Of a stretch of 64,000 bases of DNA, positions 19,801 to 29,800 are shown piece by piece. A program made the position numbers and the translations under genes. Numbering within the stretch: position 1 is the first letter of the stretch; every line of letters starts with the position of its first letter. The notes below the pieces were generated by a model. It made no database searches. It was not told the origin of the DNA and worked only from the letters and a program-made list of their open reading frames with translations. The stretch lies in NCBI GenBank assembly GCA_963700635.1, contig CAVOYH010000002.1:128001-192000 (forward strand), written 5' to 3'. Source of the stretch: an uncultured Bacteroidota bacterium (GTDB lineage: Bacteria > Bacteroidota > Ignavibacteria > UBA10030 > UBA6906).

Positions 19801-20029
19801 GACGATGATCCGCTATTTCGTACGCGAGACCGCCGCCGTGCAGATCAAGATCTATGATATGGCCGGTGATCTGGTTACGTCTCTGGTTGGTCCGGGAATT
19901 GCCGGGCTGGACAATGAGGTTGTGTGGGATCTCTCGCAGGTGCAGAGTGGCGTGTATTTTGCCCACATTGAAGCTTCTGCAGCGGTAGGAAACGGATCTA
20001 CAGTCATCAAAATCGCCGTCGTAAAATAG
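16802..20029 (+). CDS. T9SS cargo: M6 (immune inhibitor A)-like domain with degenerate zinc site, FG-GAP/VCBS repeats and CTD
   Basis: IVFHAG, LGLPDLFD, GLMDG, PSAWEKYWLGW, EYYLVENR, GILIWHIDE, VEEADG; repeats D.NGDG..DI; CTD YNWPNP...SGVYF...KIAVVK. Confidence 0.75.
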   Translation: MTRLCGVLLALSIPLTLVGQFLDHALISSPADVPSARRSFSALPDTIDVLAVMVQFQQDTDSRSSGTGQFDLSTVTTADVPIDAPPRNAAYFHDHLDFLASYYKQVSKGKVIIRATLIPDVITLPSVMARYSPVKNGPNTPVADLARDTWRRADSLGVITGIETFEAFIVFHAGVGRDIDLVGALGYDPAPLDIPSLYLGAGAFQEAHGSPGIPVRGGSFLVPNSLIIPETESRSVPGLTGDVFLEYGINGLLCASLGNYLGLPDLFDTKTGRSGIGGFGLMDGQSIFSFSGAFPPEPSAWEKYWLGWIEPIQVQPGSTLLSLPAVALADSIYRVPIGAREYYLVENRNRDPRQDGQRITMVVNGATKTQSFARDTAGFNAFDISALEGSVTAVEDFDWSLPGGVDNAGTFYDGGILIWHIDESVIASDLATNTINANPSRRGVDVEEADGSQDIGQEYGFLSAGGGSENGTALDFWYQGNSSPVNKNTFGANTYPPTLSNDGALAHVTMQEFSARGPRMSVRVIVGDEQIQPLAGFPKETRRQLPPHALTVAPPGPTSSPGIFVTTVTTASPPIRGTTSASAPAEAIGFGWRIDGKPVLGTGRGDGTLLQGDGARFLSGTSVTDLNADGVADILVGASGVGGFARGYTLQDTNSDSLADPLFSLQLTAPSGMPPLPEPDHQTGLSAFPPIPGPTLLAVAGDSGSVRWVTKGGVFIATERVLADATASVAGISRFASLHSFIITGTDGTVAIRSRMFPSGAITGDPRRTLGQSIAGPAASGTFGSAVRIAVGTTDGWVYLLNDMLETVPGFPVKAGTRLSDPPAIADVDGDGQRDIVVFSGNRILVWNAAGVLADNFPVILPTEDALLSAPVVGDVNGDGLPDIVGATERGLLVAYDRTGKPVSGFPLLAGSGRHSVAIFTATDSIIVAAASGEDGSVSAWLTGRATLPVQASRYPWPQFQRDAAHSGLDTTRITGTSPSTDFFPPSRAYNWPNPAYDGKTMIRYFVRETAAVQIKIYDMAGDLVTSLVGPGIAGLDNEVVWDLSQVQSGVYFAHIEASAAVGNGSTVIKIAVVK

Positions 20030-20041
20030 CCGGAACTCATA

Positions 20042-23000
20042 GTGCCTTTTCAGCAACGCTTCTCGCTCCTTATTCTACTCATTCTGTTCTTCCTCCCGTG
20101 TTCGTTCAGCCAGGAAGATGCCCCCCATCCAGAGCTCGTCTGGCATACTCTGGATACTCCTCATTTTTTCGTGCACTATCACGAGGGCGCCGAACGGACG
20201 GCCCGGGTGATCGCAAAAATCGCGGAAGACATTTACGGGCCGGTTACCTCGTTTTACCAGCACGAGCCTGACAGCAAGGTTAGTTTTATCGTCAAAGATC
20301 ACGACGATATTTCCAACGGCGCGGCGTATTTCTACGATAACAAGATCGAAATCTACGCTTCGAGCATGGATTTTGAATTACGCGGGACGCACAACTGGCT
20401 GCGGAACGTGATCACCCATGAGTTCACGCATATCGTTCAAATACAGACATCAATGAAGTTCGGCCGGAAAGTGCCGGCGATCTATCTACAATGGCTGGGC
20501 TATGAGTCGGAACGCCGCGTGGATGTCCTCTACGGTTATCCGAATATCGTCGCATCATATCCGCTGTCCGGCTTTGTCGTACCGGCGTGGTTCGCGGAAG
20601 GGGTCGCACAGCATAACCGGGCTGAATTGCAGTACGATTCCTGGGATACCCACCGTGATATGATCCTGCGATCGTATGCCCTTGACAGCACCATGCTGAC
20701 ATGGGAACAAATGGGCGTGTTCGGAAAAACCAGTCTGGGAAACGAGTCTTCGTACAACGCAGGATTTGCCTTTGTCCAGTATCTGGCGGAGCGTTATGGT
20801 GAGGATGTGGTGCAGAAGATATCGCGTGAACTCTCCAGACTGACCGCTGTCACCATTGACGGCGCCATTGAACGGGCGGTCGGAAAAAATGGACGCCTGG
20901 TGTATGACGAATGGCGGACGTATCTGATGCGGGATTATGCCGAGAGGGTTGCTCGGATGCGCCCCGCGCTGCACCAGGGGACTCCCTTTGTGACAGATTC
21001 GTTGTATGAAGTGATCGATCCGGGAGAGCTGTTGAAGATCGAAAGTATGCACCACCCCGATGTGCATCTCCGCGTGGCCCCCGCTCAGGCAACGGTGGGA
21101 TTCGCCAACCTGTATCCCGCTTACTCTCCGGATGGCACAAAACTCGCATTTACGAGTGCCAAGAACGGCGACTACTTCGGGCTCTCTTCACTCTTCATCT
21201 ACGATTTTACGACAGAGCGGGAGCGGCTTGTACAGCCCGGCGTGAAGAGCGCCCCCGCATGGTCTCCGGATGGGACAAAGTTATATTACGGAAAGCTCAC
21301 GCGCGACAACCCTCACTGGTCCCTGCAGTTTGATATCTATGAATATGATCTCACCGCTGAGTCGGAACGAAGAGTGTCAAAAGGGCGGCGGGCACTCAAT
21401 CCGGCACTTTCACCGGAGGGTGACAGAATCGTGTGCGTCACCACACGCGACGGGACTTCGAACCTGGCGGTGATGGACTTGGATGGCAACAACTACCGGG
21501 AACTCACCCCCTATGCATCCGGAGAACAGGTGTACAATCCGGCATGGAGCCCCGACGGCGCACGTATCGTCTTCGACTACTCGGTCAAAGATGGGCGAGA
21601 CATCGCCTGGGTGAGGCCGGACGGAAGTGACCTGGAGTTCATCGTGACGGAAGGTGATGACGCCCGGTCAGCCAAATTTTCGCCCGATGGAAAGTCACTC
21701 TGGTACAGTTCTGACAGGACGGGGATCTTCAATATCTACCGGCTGGATCTGGCCCGAAAAGTGACAGAACAGATAACCAACGTACTCGGGGGCGCATTTT
21801 ATCCCACGGTGAACAGCGCCGGGGATCTTCTTTATGCAGCATACACTTCACGCGGATATAAACTCTATCACTACCGGCAGCCAACCGTGCTTGCTGAAGC
21901 GACCCCTCAGTACGAACGGAAAGCGCCCTATTCGTCCCGATTCGCACCTGTGCTGGCATCTGCAGAGAGCGGCGTTACGACGTACAATTGGGACGCCCTT
22001 CGCGGATACGACGACACACAGCTCTCCCCACTCGCATCCCGTCCGTACAAAAGCACGTTCACAAGTCTCACCGTGGTGCCGGTCATCCGGCTTGACAATT
22101 ATAATCCGAAGAGCAAGGGCACCGACGTCATCAAAGTGGGCGCATACGTCTTCTCCAGCGACGTGCTTGACAGAACAGGTTTTTTTGCGGGCGCGACGCT
22201 GAACGCAAAACTGGAACGGGACCTCTTCCTGCAGTTCACCTACCGGGGCCGTTTGCCTCTGTTCTATGAACTCGGCCTGGAGCCGGTGACGTCGCTGGAG
22301 ATCTACAACATCACCCGTAAAACCGACAATATCATCAGTCTTCCGGCGTCCACGATCCCTGTGGATGTTGCCTATGACCTGCTCGAATTTGATATTGCCC
22401 TCACCCAGCCGCTATTTTCACGGTTTGTGGACGCGGAACTGCGATTTATGCACAGCCGGTACACATCCATTATCGAATCGTTCATCAACCCCGAGACCAC
22501 GCCGGCATCACTGGTGGGCAGCTCGAGCGATTTATATCTTATTGCAAACGATCTTTCGCTGACACTCAAAGTAAACGCAGTGTTACCGTCCCGCACGCAG
22601 GAGATCAACCCCGTTGGCAGGAAGCTCAAGCTGCGCATCGGGCGCGAATGGAATAAGTTCAACGGTGATGGGGAATATGAGATCACTTCTACAGGTCTTC
22701 ATCCCCTCTACAAGGATGTAAATTTTACCCGTCTCGAGCTTAACTGGAAAGAACATCTCCCGTTCTTTTTCAGGAATCACACGCTTTCACTGAGTGCCCG
22801 TGGCGGATCTATACTTGGTCCGCCCGTGGATGAATTTTTCGATTTTTATGCAGGCGGACTCGTGGGGATGAAAGGATATCCGTTTTATGCCATCGGGGGA
22901 AACGAGATGGCCGCATTCGGCGTGAACTACCGGTTTCCTCTTGTCCATAATATTGATCTCCGGATTTTTCAACTTTACTTTGACAAGTTGTATGCCTCGG

Positions 23001-23248
23001 TCTATGCCGACGCGGGGTACGCCTGGACTGACTTCAAGCCCCGGTGGAAGGACATGAAAAAAGACATCGGGATCGAGTTGCGCCTGGAGGCCTTCTCGTA
23101 CTATGCCTATCCGACGCGTATTTTCCTGAATGCCGCATATGGGTTTGACAGTTTTGAGCGATACATCCGGAGCCGGGATCAGACCGTGCGGTACGGCAAA
23201 GAATGGCGTATCTACTTTGGTGTACTGTTCGGGTTTGACCTGGATTAG
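20042..23248 (+). CDS. Gluzincin (peptidase MA-like) domain + PD40/TolB beta-propeller + C-terminal Omp85-like barrel
   Basis: Signal peptide; VITHEFTH and WFAEGVA; repeated P.(W/Y/F)SPDG; C-terminal GGLVGMKGYP and terminal beta strands YFGVLFGFDLD. Confidence 0.65.
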   Translation: MPFQQRFSLLILLILFFLPCSFSQEDAPHPELVWHTLDTPHFFVHYHEGAERTARVIAKIAEDIYGPVTSFYQHEPDSKVSFIVKDHDDISNGAAYFYDNKIEIYASSMDFELRGTHNWLRNVITHEFTHIVQIQTSMKFGRKVPAIYLQWLGYESERRVDVLYGYPNIVASYPLSGFVVPAWFAEGVAQHNRAELQYDSWDTHRDMILRSYALDSTMLTWEQMGVFGKTSLGNESSYNAGFAFVQYLAERYGEDVVQKISRELSRLTAVTIDGAIERAVGKNGRLVYDEWRTYLMRDYAERVARMRPALHQGTPFVTDSLYEVIDPGELLKIESMHHPDVHLRVAPAQATVGFANLYPAYSPDGTKLAFTSAKNGDYFGLSSLFIYDFTTERERLVQPGVKSAPAWSPDGTKLYYGKLTRDNPHWSLQFDIYEYDLTAESERRVSKGRRALNPALSPEGDRIVCVTTRDGTSNLAVMDLDGNNYRELTPYASGEQVYNPAWSPDGARIVFDYSVKDGRDIAWVRPDGSDLEFIVTEGDDARSAKFSPDGKSLWYSSDRTGIFNIYRLDLARKVTEQITNVLGGAFYPTVNSAGDLLYAAYTSRGYKLYHYRQPTVLAEATPQYERKAPYSSRFAPVLASAESGVTTYNWDALRGYDDTQLSPLASRPYKSTFTSLTVVPVIRLDNYNPKSKGTDVIKVGAYVFSSDVLDRTGFFAGATLNAKLERDLFLQFTYRGRLPLFYELGLEPVTSLEIYNITRKTDNIISLPASTIPVDVAYDLLEFDIALTQPLFSRFVDAELRFMHSRYTSIIESFINPETTPASLVGSSSDLYLIANDLSLTLKVNAVLPSRTQEINPVGRKLKLRIGREWNKFNGDGEYEITSTGLHPLYKDVNFTRLELNWKEHLPFFFRNHTLSLSARGGSILGPPVDEFFDFYAGGLVGMKGYPFYAIGGNEMAAFGVNYRFPLVHNIDLRIFQLYFDKLYASVYADAGYAWTDFKPRWKDMKKDIGIELRLEAFSYYAYPTRIFLNAAYGFDSFERYIRSRDQTVRYGKEWRIYFGVLFGFDLD

Positions 23249-23269
23249 CAGAAGGAAACGAATGCTGAT

Positions 23270-24193
23270 ATGAAGAGTACAACTCAACACATGCTGAGTG
23301 CTCCGTTGGCCATGCTCACCGCGGCTTTCCTGGGGGTGATGACACTCCTGACCATGCCTGCCTACGCAGGGGCTGAGGGTGATCGTGCAGATCGGCCAAC
23401 GGGGAACCTTCAGGTGGACCTGTTCGGGATGAAGGAACTGCACAATGGACCCGTGCTCCAGGAAGGTGTTACTCCGCAGCCGATGCCATCAACACGGTCT
23501 CTGTGGCTGGCGGCCGGTCTGTCGGCGCTCATTCCAGGGGCTGGTGAGTTTTACGCCGAGAGCTACTGGAAGGCGGCATTGTTTTTCGCAGTCGAGCTCA
23601 CGGCTCTCGGTATTGCGTACTCGAATGACCGGCGGGGAGACCAGCAGACCGACAGATACAAGGACTTTGCGAACCAGCACTGGAGTGTCGTGAGATATGC
23701 AAAATATGCCGAGACCCTTTCGCCGGGGAAGACATACAACTGGCGGATCCCGGGCACCGAGGGGATGGGTGAGTTTGACCGGCCCTGGACGCAGGTCAAC
23801 TGGGCAGAGCTCAATCGCCTGGAACGGGATATCGCAGGGTATTATTCGCACACGCTTCCGGGGTACGGAGAGCAGCAGTACTACGAACTCATCGGCAAGT
23901 ATCCACAGTACAATCAGGGGTGGAATGATTCGCCTGCTTCGTTTAACTATGGCGACCCGCTGACATCCAACTTCCTCTACTACTCCGGCGAACGGGGAAA
24001 GGCGAACACCTACTACACAAATTCATCACGCTGGGTCACCATTGCGATTATCAACCACATCCTCAGCGCAGTGGACGCGGCCTGGTCTGCGAGTCTGTTT
24101 AACCGTGCCCAGGCTACAGTGGGTATGCGGGTGATGCCGACACAGGAGGGGTATACGACCGCGGGGCTGTTGAAGGTCCACCTTGAATTCTGA
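23270..24193 (+). CDS. Hypothetical exported/membrane protein, DUF5683-like
   Basis: SLWLAAGLSALIPGAGEFY motif followed by a TM segment; C-terminal SAVDA..SA and beta tail. Confidence 0.55.
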   Translation: MKSTTQHMLSAPLAMLTAAFLGVMTLLTMPAYAGAEGDRADRPTGNLQVDLFGMKELHNGPVLQEGVTPQPMPSTRSLWLAAGLSALIPGAGEFYAESYWKAALFFAVELTALGIAYSNDRRGDQQTDRYKDFANQHWSVVRYAKYAETLSPGKTYNWRIPGTEGMGEFDRPWTQVNWAELNRLERDIAGYYSHTLPGYGEQQYYELIGKYPQYNQGWNDSPASFNYGDPLTSNFLYYSGERGKANTYYTNSSRWVTIAIINHILSAVDAAWSASLFNRAQATVGMRVMPTQEGYTTAGLLKVHLEF

Positions 24194-24205
24194 TGGGTGC
24201 TCCGC

Positions 24206-25291
24206 TTACTTTGGCACCCTGAACATGACCACTGATGCCGCAATCAGGAAGATGATATTGGCGGACCAGGCTGTGAGAAGGGGATTGATGTCGCCGTTAT
24301 AGCCGAAGACCTGACTCACTTTCATGAAGATCAGGTAGACAAAACAGATGAGGAGACTGACGCCCAGCTGCACGCCGACGCCTCCTCTGCGGCGGAATGA
24401 GGAGAAGGGGACCCCGAAGAGCACGACGATGACCGTTGCAAACGGAAACGACACCTTGCTGTAAAAATCCACCTGCCACCGCGCTACATCCTGTCCGGCC
24501 CTCTGCTGGTTTTCAATAAACTCCTGCATGTCGTAGTAACTCATTTCGTCGGGCTTCTGCTGTTTCTTCCGCAAATCATCCGGGTTGAAGTGTAATGTTC
24601 CTGCAGGCTGGACGGCGAAGTCATCGATCCGTTCACGCCCGTTGGCAAACCAGCGCCGGCTGCCGTTGTTCAACATCCACCGGCGGGATGTGGAATCCCA
24701 CACCATGGTCACCGCGTCCACCCGTTCCACCATCACGGTAGGGTCGGCGATGCTGAAGTCCTGAATGCTGACGCGCGAAGCGATGTTTCGCGTATCGTCG
24801 AAATATCCCAGCGAGAGAATGCGTGTGGGACTATCCTGCACATAGATGTTTGCCCCGGATGCATTTACGATGTCTTTGTGCAGGTAGACGCGTTCAATGG
24901 TAAACTTCTTTTTGTTTGCATACGGCACGATCCATCCGTTAAAGTAGACGGAGACCGCGCTCACCAGGATGGCGACGGTGAGGAAAGGAAAGAGCAGCCG
25001 GTAGAGGCTGATCCCGCTTGATTTGAAGGCAGTCCATTCACCCTGCGTGGAGAGGCGGGCGGTGACGAACAGACTCGCAAGGAGCATTGCGACGGGGATA
25101 ATGAGTTTGATGATCTCGGGGACAAAGTAGACATAGTAGAGTGCAATAACCTCCATCCCTGCCTGCTTGTCGATGAAGTCATCCATCTTCTCCATCGCAT
25201 CGATGATGATGAATATGACAAGCACGGCGGCGAGCGAGAAGAGAGCGGTGACCAGAAACTGCCGGACAATGTAGCGATCGATCAGCTTCAT
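24206..25291 (-). CDS. lptG: LPS export permease LptG-type
   Basis: IDRYIVRQF, E.TAFKSSGIS..R, 6-TM layout with periplasmic jellyroll, LTAWSANIIF. Confidence 0.85.
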   Translation of the reverse strand: MKLIDRYIVRQFLVTALFSLAAVLVIFIIIDAMEKMDDFIDKQAGMEVIALYYVYFVPEIIKLIIPVAMLLASLFVTARLSTQGEWTAFKSSGISLYRLLFPFLTVAILVSAVSVYFNGWIVPYANKKKFTIERVYLHKDIVNASGANIYVQDSPTRILSLGYFDDTRNIASRVSIQDFSIADPTVMVERVDAVTMVWDSTSRRWMLNNGSRRWFANGRERIDDFAVQPAGTLHFNPDDLRKKQQKPDEMSYYDMQEFIENQQRAGQDVARWQVDFYSKVSFPFATVIVVLFGVPFSSFRRRGGVGVQLGVSLLICFVYLIFMKVSQVFGYNGDINPLLTAWSANIIFLIAASVVMFRVPK

Positions 25292-26685
25292 ACCGGAATC
25301 CGGGGGGTGGAGGGAGCGTCGGGCAGGACAGTACGCCAGCGACGGGGAATCAACCGTTCGAAGATACTCCAGTCAATGAGAATCGTCTCACGCCCGACGC
25401 GGAATGTCAGATACAGCCCCATGGCACCGATGAGAATGTTCGCTCCCCACATTCCCCAGAATGGAGGGAGGATGGAGCGATCCGCGAGTTTTTCGCCCCC
25501 GATGAGAAAGGCCCAGTAGAGCACGAAGAATCCGAGACTCAGGGTGGCGGCGATGCCGAAGCCGCCTTTGCGGGCCATAATGCCGAGAGGGGCGCCGACG
25601 AGCACAAAGATGATACACGCCGCCGGGATGGCGTACTTCTTATGGATCTCCACCCAGTACTGGTTGATCTGTTTTTCGAAGGCGTCAATACGAAAGCCCG
25701 CCGTAGCCAGATTCATGGTGAGAGTCCGCGCCTTGACCAGGGCGGACGAGGCCTCCGGTCCGACGCTCATGCCGTCCATGGAGGTGGTCCGTGTCCACTC
25801 TCCCCGCAAGGCACCATCCATCTCTTTCTGCATCATCATGCGTACCTCGGCCACCTGGCGGTCACGCAGTGCGGTCAGACTGTCCACGACGTGCAACATG
25901 GCCGGCGCACTCAGCTCCCGGTCGCCCCTGGTGAAGGCGCTGGTGGCAGACCGTTCGAATTCGAAGCCCTCCACATCCATGGCAATCCGGTGCTGATCAA
26001 ACCGTACCTTCCGGTACGTTGTCATCTCCTGAAGGTCCAGTTCATGGATCTCCCCCTTGTGGAGGAACATGATGATCTTCCGGAAATCGGGGGAGAACGA
26101 AATCGTGCCCCGCTCCGCAGTAATCAGAATATTTTTCGTGGGATTTGAATAGTCGTACAGCGTAACGCCTTCCAGGTCGTTCGAATTGGGGACGGTCTTC
26201 CGGACCAGAATACTGTACCCGGGCAGGTCCTGTGAGAAGACACCATTCACGAGCGCAATGGTGGGTTTTTTCCGGCGGATGTCCGTTGTGAGTGCCTTCA
26301 GGCGATGATTGGTCTCAGGGAGCACGCTGTTGTTAAACCACACCATGATCAGGGCGACGCAGGCCCCCCCGATGAACACCGGAGCCATCATCCGGTAGAT
26401 GCTGATGCCCCCGGCCTTCATCGCGGTTATTTCGTTGCGCGAGGAGAGGTCCCCGAATGCCATGAGGATGGCAACGAGCACCGACATCGGCACGGCGAGG
26501 ACGAGCATCCAGGAAAGGCTCAAGGCGACAAGTTCGATGATGACCCACGCGGTCAGACCCTTGCCCACAAGCTGATCTATAAACTTCATGACGAATTGAA
26601 GGAGGAAGACAAACATGAGGGTGACAAGGGAGAAGACAAACGGACCGGCATGTGCGCGGAGGATATATCGGGGAAGCAGGAACAT
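25288..26685 (-). CDS. lptF: LPS export permease LptF-type
   Basis: LPRYILR, FGDLSSRNEITAMKAGGIS, EIHKKYAIP, GAPLG, MWGAN. Start reassigned to ATG 26685 (or 26691). Confidence 0.85.
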   Translation of the reverse strand: MFLLPRYILRAHAGPFVFSLVTLMFVFLLQFVMKFIDQLVGKGLTAWVIIELVALSLSWMLVLAVPMSVLVAILMAFGDLSSRNEITAMKAGGISIYRMMAPVFIGGACVALIMVWFNNSVLPETNHRLKALTTDIRRKKPTIALVNGVFSQDLPGYSILVRKTVPNSNDLEGVTLYDYSNPTKNILITAERGTISFSPDFRKIIMFLHKGEIHELDLQEMTTYRKVRFDQHRIAMDVEGFEFERSATSAFTRGDRELSAPAMLHVVDSLTALRDRQVAEVRMMMQKEMDGALRGEWTRTTSMDGMSVGPEASSALVKARTLTMNLATAGFRIDAFEKQINQYWVEIHKKYAIPAACIIFVLVGAPLGIMARKGGFGIAATLSLGFFVLYWAFLIGGEKLADRSILPPFWGMWGANILIGAMGLYLTFRVGRETILIDWSIFERLIPRRWRTVLPDAPSTPRIPV

Positions 26686-26691
26686 GAGCAT

Positions 26692-26720
26692 AATATAGCG
26701 TTCACGGCTTGATTTTCCAA
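26692..26720 (-). promoter_or_regulatory. Sigma70-type promoter for lptFG, probably leaderless
   Basis: Minus strand TTGGAA-17 nt-TATATT; the A of ATG 26685 is the 7th base after the -10 hexamer. Confidence 0.55.
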
Positions 26721-26871
26721 GTTTCGGGGGCGTGGGGGAGTTGCTATTTTCATCCGTTTTCTCTATGTTGAGCTCACTGCACACAGTGAGGAGTCCAATA
26801 TCGATTTTGTTTGGTAATAGTTATGCGCGGGGTCGTGGGGATTTCGGTGAATACACCGTGCGAGAATCGAA

Positions 26872-29800
26872 TTGAACTCCAATCGTCTCTATCATACGCC
26901 TTATCATCTGGTGCCTCCTACACGTTGGCTTTTCCCCCTTGCGGGTCTCCTTATCACTCTCCTGGTGTGCGTATTTTCTCTTGAAGGTTCAGGAGTTCCC
27001 CCGGGCACCCCGGCACAAATACTCCCGCAGGACACGATCCGTACCCGCTTCCCGGGACAATTCCCCGGTCAGGGCCTGCCTGGCAGCTTCGGTCTCGCCG
27101 ACACAACACGCCGGGATTCTCTGGGCTTCACCCTAGACTCTCTCGGAGTCTGGCGGGATTCCCTCGGCAACTATCTCGACTCCCTCGGAGTCTGGCGGGA
27201 TTCTCTCGGCCTCCGCAGGGATACCACCGGCATCCGTCTCATCAAAGACAGCACGTATGTTGTTTATCTGGACTCCACCTCGCGCCTGCGCCAGTTTAGA
27301 GCTTCGCGGACGGATCCCGTGTACACAAAATTTTTTCCCGAACGCAACTATCCGCTGTTCGGCTCCCGGAAGGTGGCGGGGTATCGACGTGAGGTGACGC
27401 TCGACTCAACGGGGCGCACCATCCGTTTTCGTGAAACCGTCGGCGGCGAGGCAGTGAAAATACCGGTCAGCATGCCGTTGCGTGACTACGTTGAGGCGCG
27501 TCAGAAGGAGGAGTTCCGCCGGATTCTGGCCGAAGAAGCCCGAAAACCGAAGGCGCTTGTCGCACGCAACGATCTCGGCGAGCTTCTGAGCTCGATCACG
27601 CAGATTCATATCCCGATTCCTCCCAACCCGATATTCAGCATTTTTGGGAAACCCGAGATCAAGCTGAATATCAGCGGCGCGGTGGATATCAAAGCGGGAT
27701 TCAGGAATACACAGACCGATCAGACAACGATTTCGCGCCTTGACCAGAGCCGCAACGAACCTGACTTCAGCCAGGACGTCCAGGTGAATGTCAACGGCAC
27801 CATCGGTGACAAATTGCAGATCCAGGCCGACTGGAATACCCAGCGGACGTTTGAGTATGAGAACCAGCTGAAGATCAAGTATACCGGATACGAAGACGAA
27901 ATCGTCCGCTCGATCGAAGCAGGTAACGTGTCGCTGCAGACTCCATCCGCATTTATCGGCAGCAGCCAGGCTCTGTTCGGCGTGAAGGCACAGTTTCAAA
28001 TGGGGCCTCTCGTTCTGACGGCACTTGCATCCCAGAAAAAGGGACAGATTAAAGAAGTGGCGGTCTCCGGCGGCGCGAAAGAACAGACGTTTGAGATGCG
28101 CGCCTACGAATACGCCACAAACCACTTTTTTGTCGACACCGCGTATATCAAGGAGTACGAACCGTATTATCAGAACGAACCACCCCTCGTCAACAGCAAT
28201 TCGCAGATCGTGGAAGAGGAAGTCTGGATTCAGAGACAGGGCGGCATCCCGGATCCTAATGAGCGGCTCGGCGTTGCTTCCGTCAGCCTTCCCCTGCGAC
28301 CCACGAGCGGCTACAGCGAGTCCTTCAGGGATGCCATCGATGACCCCGGCAAGATCGAGACCGGGCCTTTTATCCTTCTCGACCGCTCTCAATATGAACT
28401 TGACGGGGATGGTTATCTTGGGGTGCTGTCGCTCAATGCGAGCGTGGGCGACCAGCAGATCGTCGCCATCGCCTATCGCACCGCAGATGGCAGACAGTTC
28501 GGAGAGCTGACGCGTAATGTGGGCTCGGACAGCGTGTCGGTGAGCAAACGCCTGGTGCTGAAGATGGTGAAACCCAAAAACCTGCTTTCCAACGGGCCAT
28601 CCTACCCGACTCCCTGGAAGATGTTGTTGAAGAACATCTACCCGATACAGGGAATCGGCCGCAACGTAAAGAAGACAGGCTTCTCCCTCGATATCTTTCG
28701 TCGGGTTCCCGGCGGTGAAGATCAGAACAGCGTTCTCAATGAGCCCCTGCTCCGGGTCTTTGGTCTCGACAAATACAACAGTGATGACACACCTGCGCCG
28801 GACGGTGACGGGCAGTTTGACTATCGGCCGGGGCGGTCCATCAATCAGGCCCGCGCGGAAATAATCTTCCCCACTCTCCGTCCGTTCGATACCGGAGTGC
28901 GCCAGTATTTTCTGGACAAGGGTACGAGTCTTGCGGACACGTCGGAGTTCCTCTATCAGGAAGTCTACGATACCACCCGCACGTTCGCCGAACAGGCTCT
29001 TCGAAACAGATATGTCATTCGTGGCAAAGCAACCGGAGAAGCGACGTCCCGGTATTCTCTGGGCTTTAACGTTGTGGAGGGGAGCGTGCAGGTGCTGCTG
29101 GATGGGCGGACGCTTCTTGCGAATGTCGACTATACGGTGGACTATATCATCGGCGAGGTTGTGATCAAGAACGATCGCGCACTTGTGCCGGGTGCCAATC
29201 TGCAGATCAAGTACGAACAGAACGACCTGTTTCAGCTTGCCTCAAAAACCCTTCTGGGAGCCCGCGGAGACCTGCGACTTGGCCAGAACGTGAACTTCGG
29301 ATTCACCATCATGAATCTGAACCAGGAGACACTGAGCGACAAGGTGCGCCTGGGTGAAGAACCGAACAACAACACCATCTTCGGCATGGACGGATCGACA
29401 ACACTTAATCTTCCGTTCCTCACCCGTGCGCTTGATGCTCTTCCGATTTTCGAGACACGCGAACCTTCACAACTAAAGATCTCCGGGGAAGCGGCATACA
29501 TGCTTCCCGATCCCAATACAAAAAAGAGCCCGATCCCGAGTGACAACGCCGAGGGCATCGCCTATATCGATGACTTTGAGGCAGCGCGCCGCTCGATCCC
29601 TGTGGGCATCTCCTATGCCGCATGGACGCTGGCCAGTCCGCCGGCCGATAACTTTTTCTTCCCGGGGGTGCCGGATACAACAAAAATGTTCTCCCGCGGG
29701 CAGATGCACTGGTTTAACCGTCTTCCCACGGACGTTGCGTTAACGGACATCTACCCCCGGAAGCTTCCGGGGAACGCGGCAAATGACCTCGCAACCGTGC

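Noticed and set aside
27112-27230. CRISPR-like repeat
   Set aside because: In-frame 21-nt coding repeat with no unique spacers and no cas genes.
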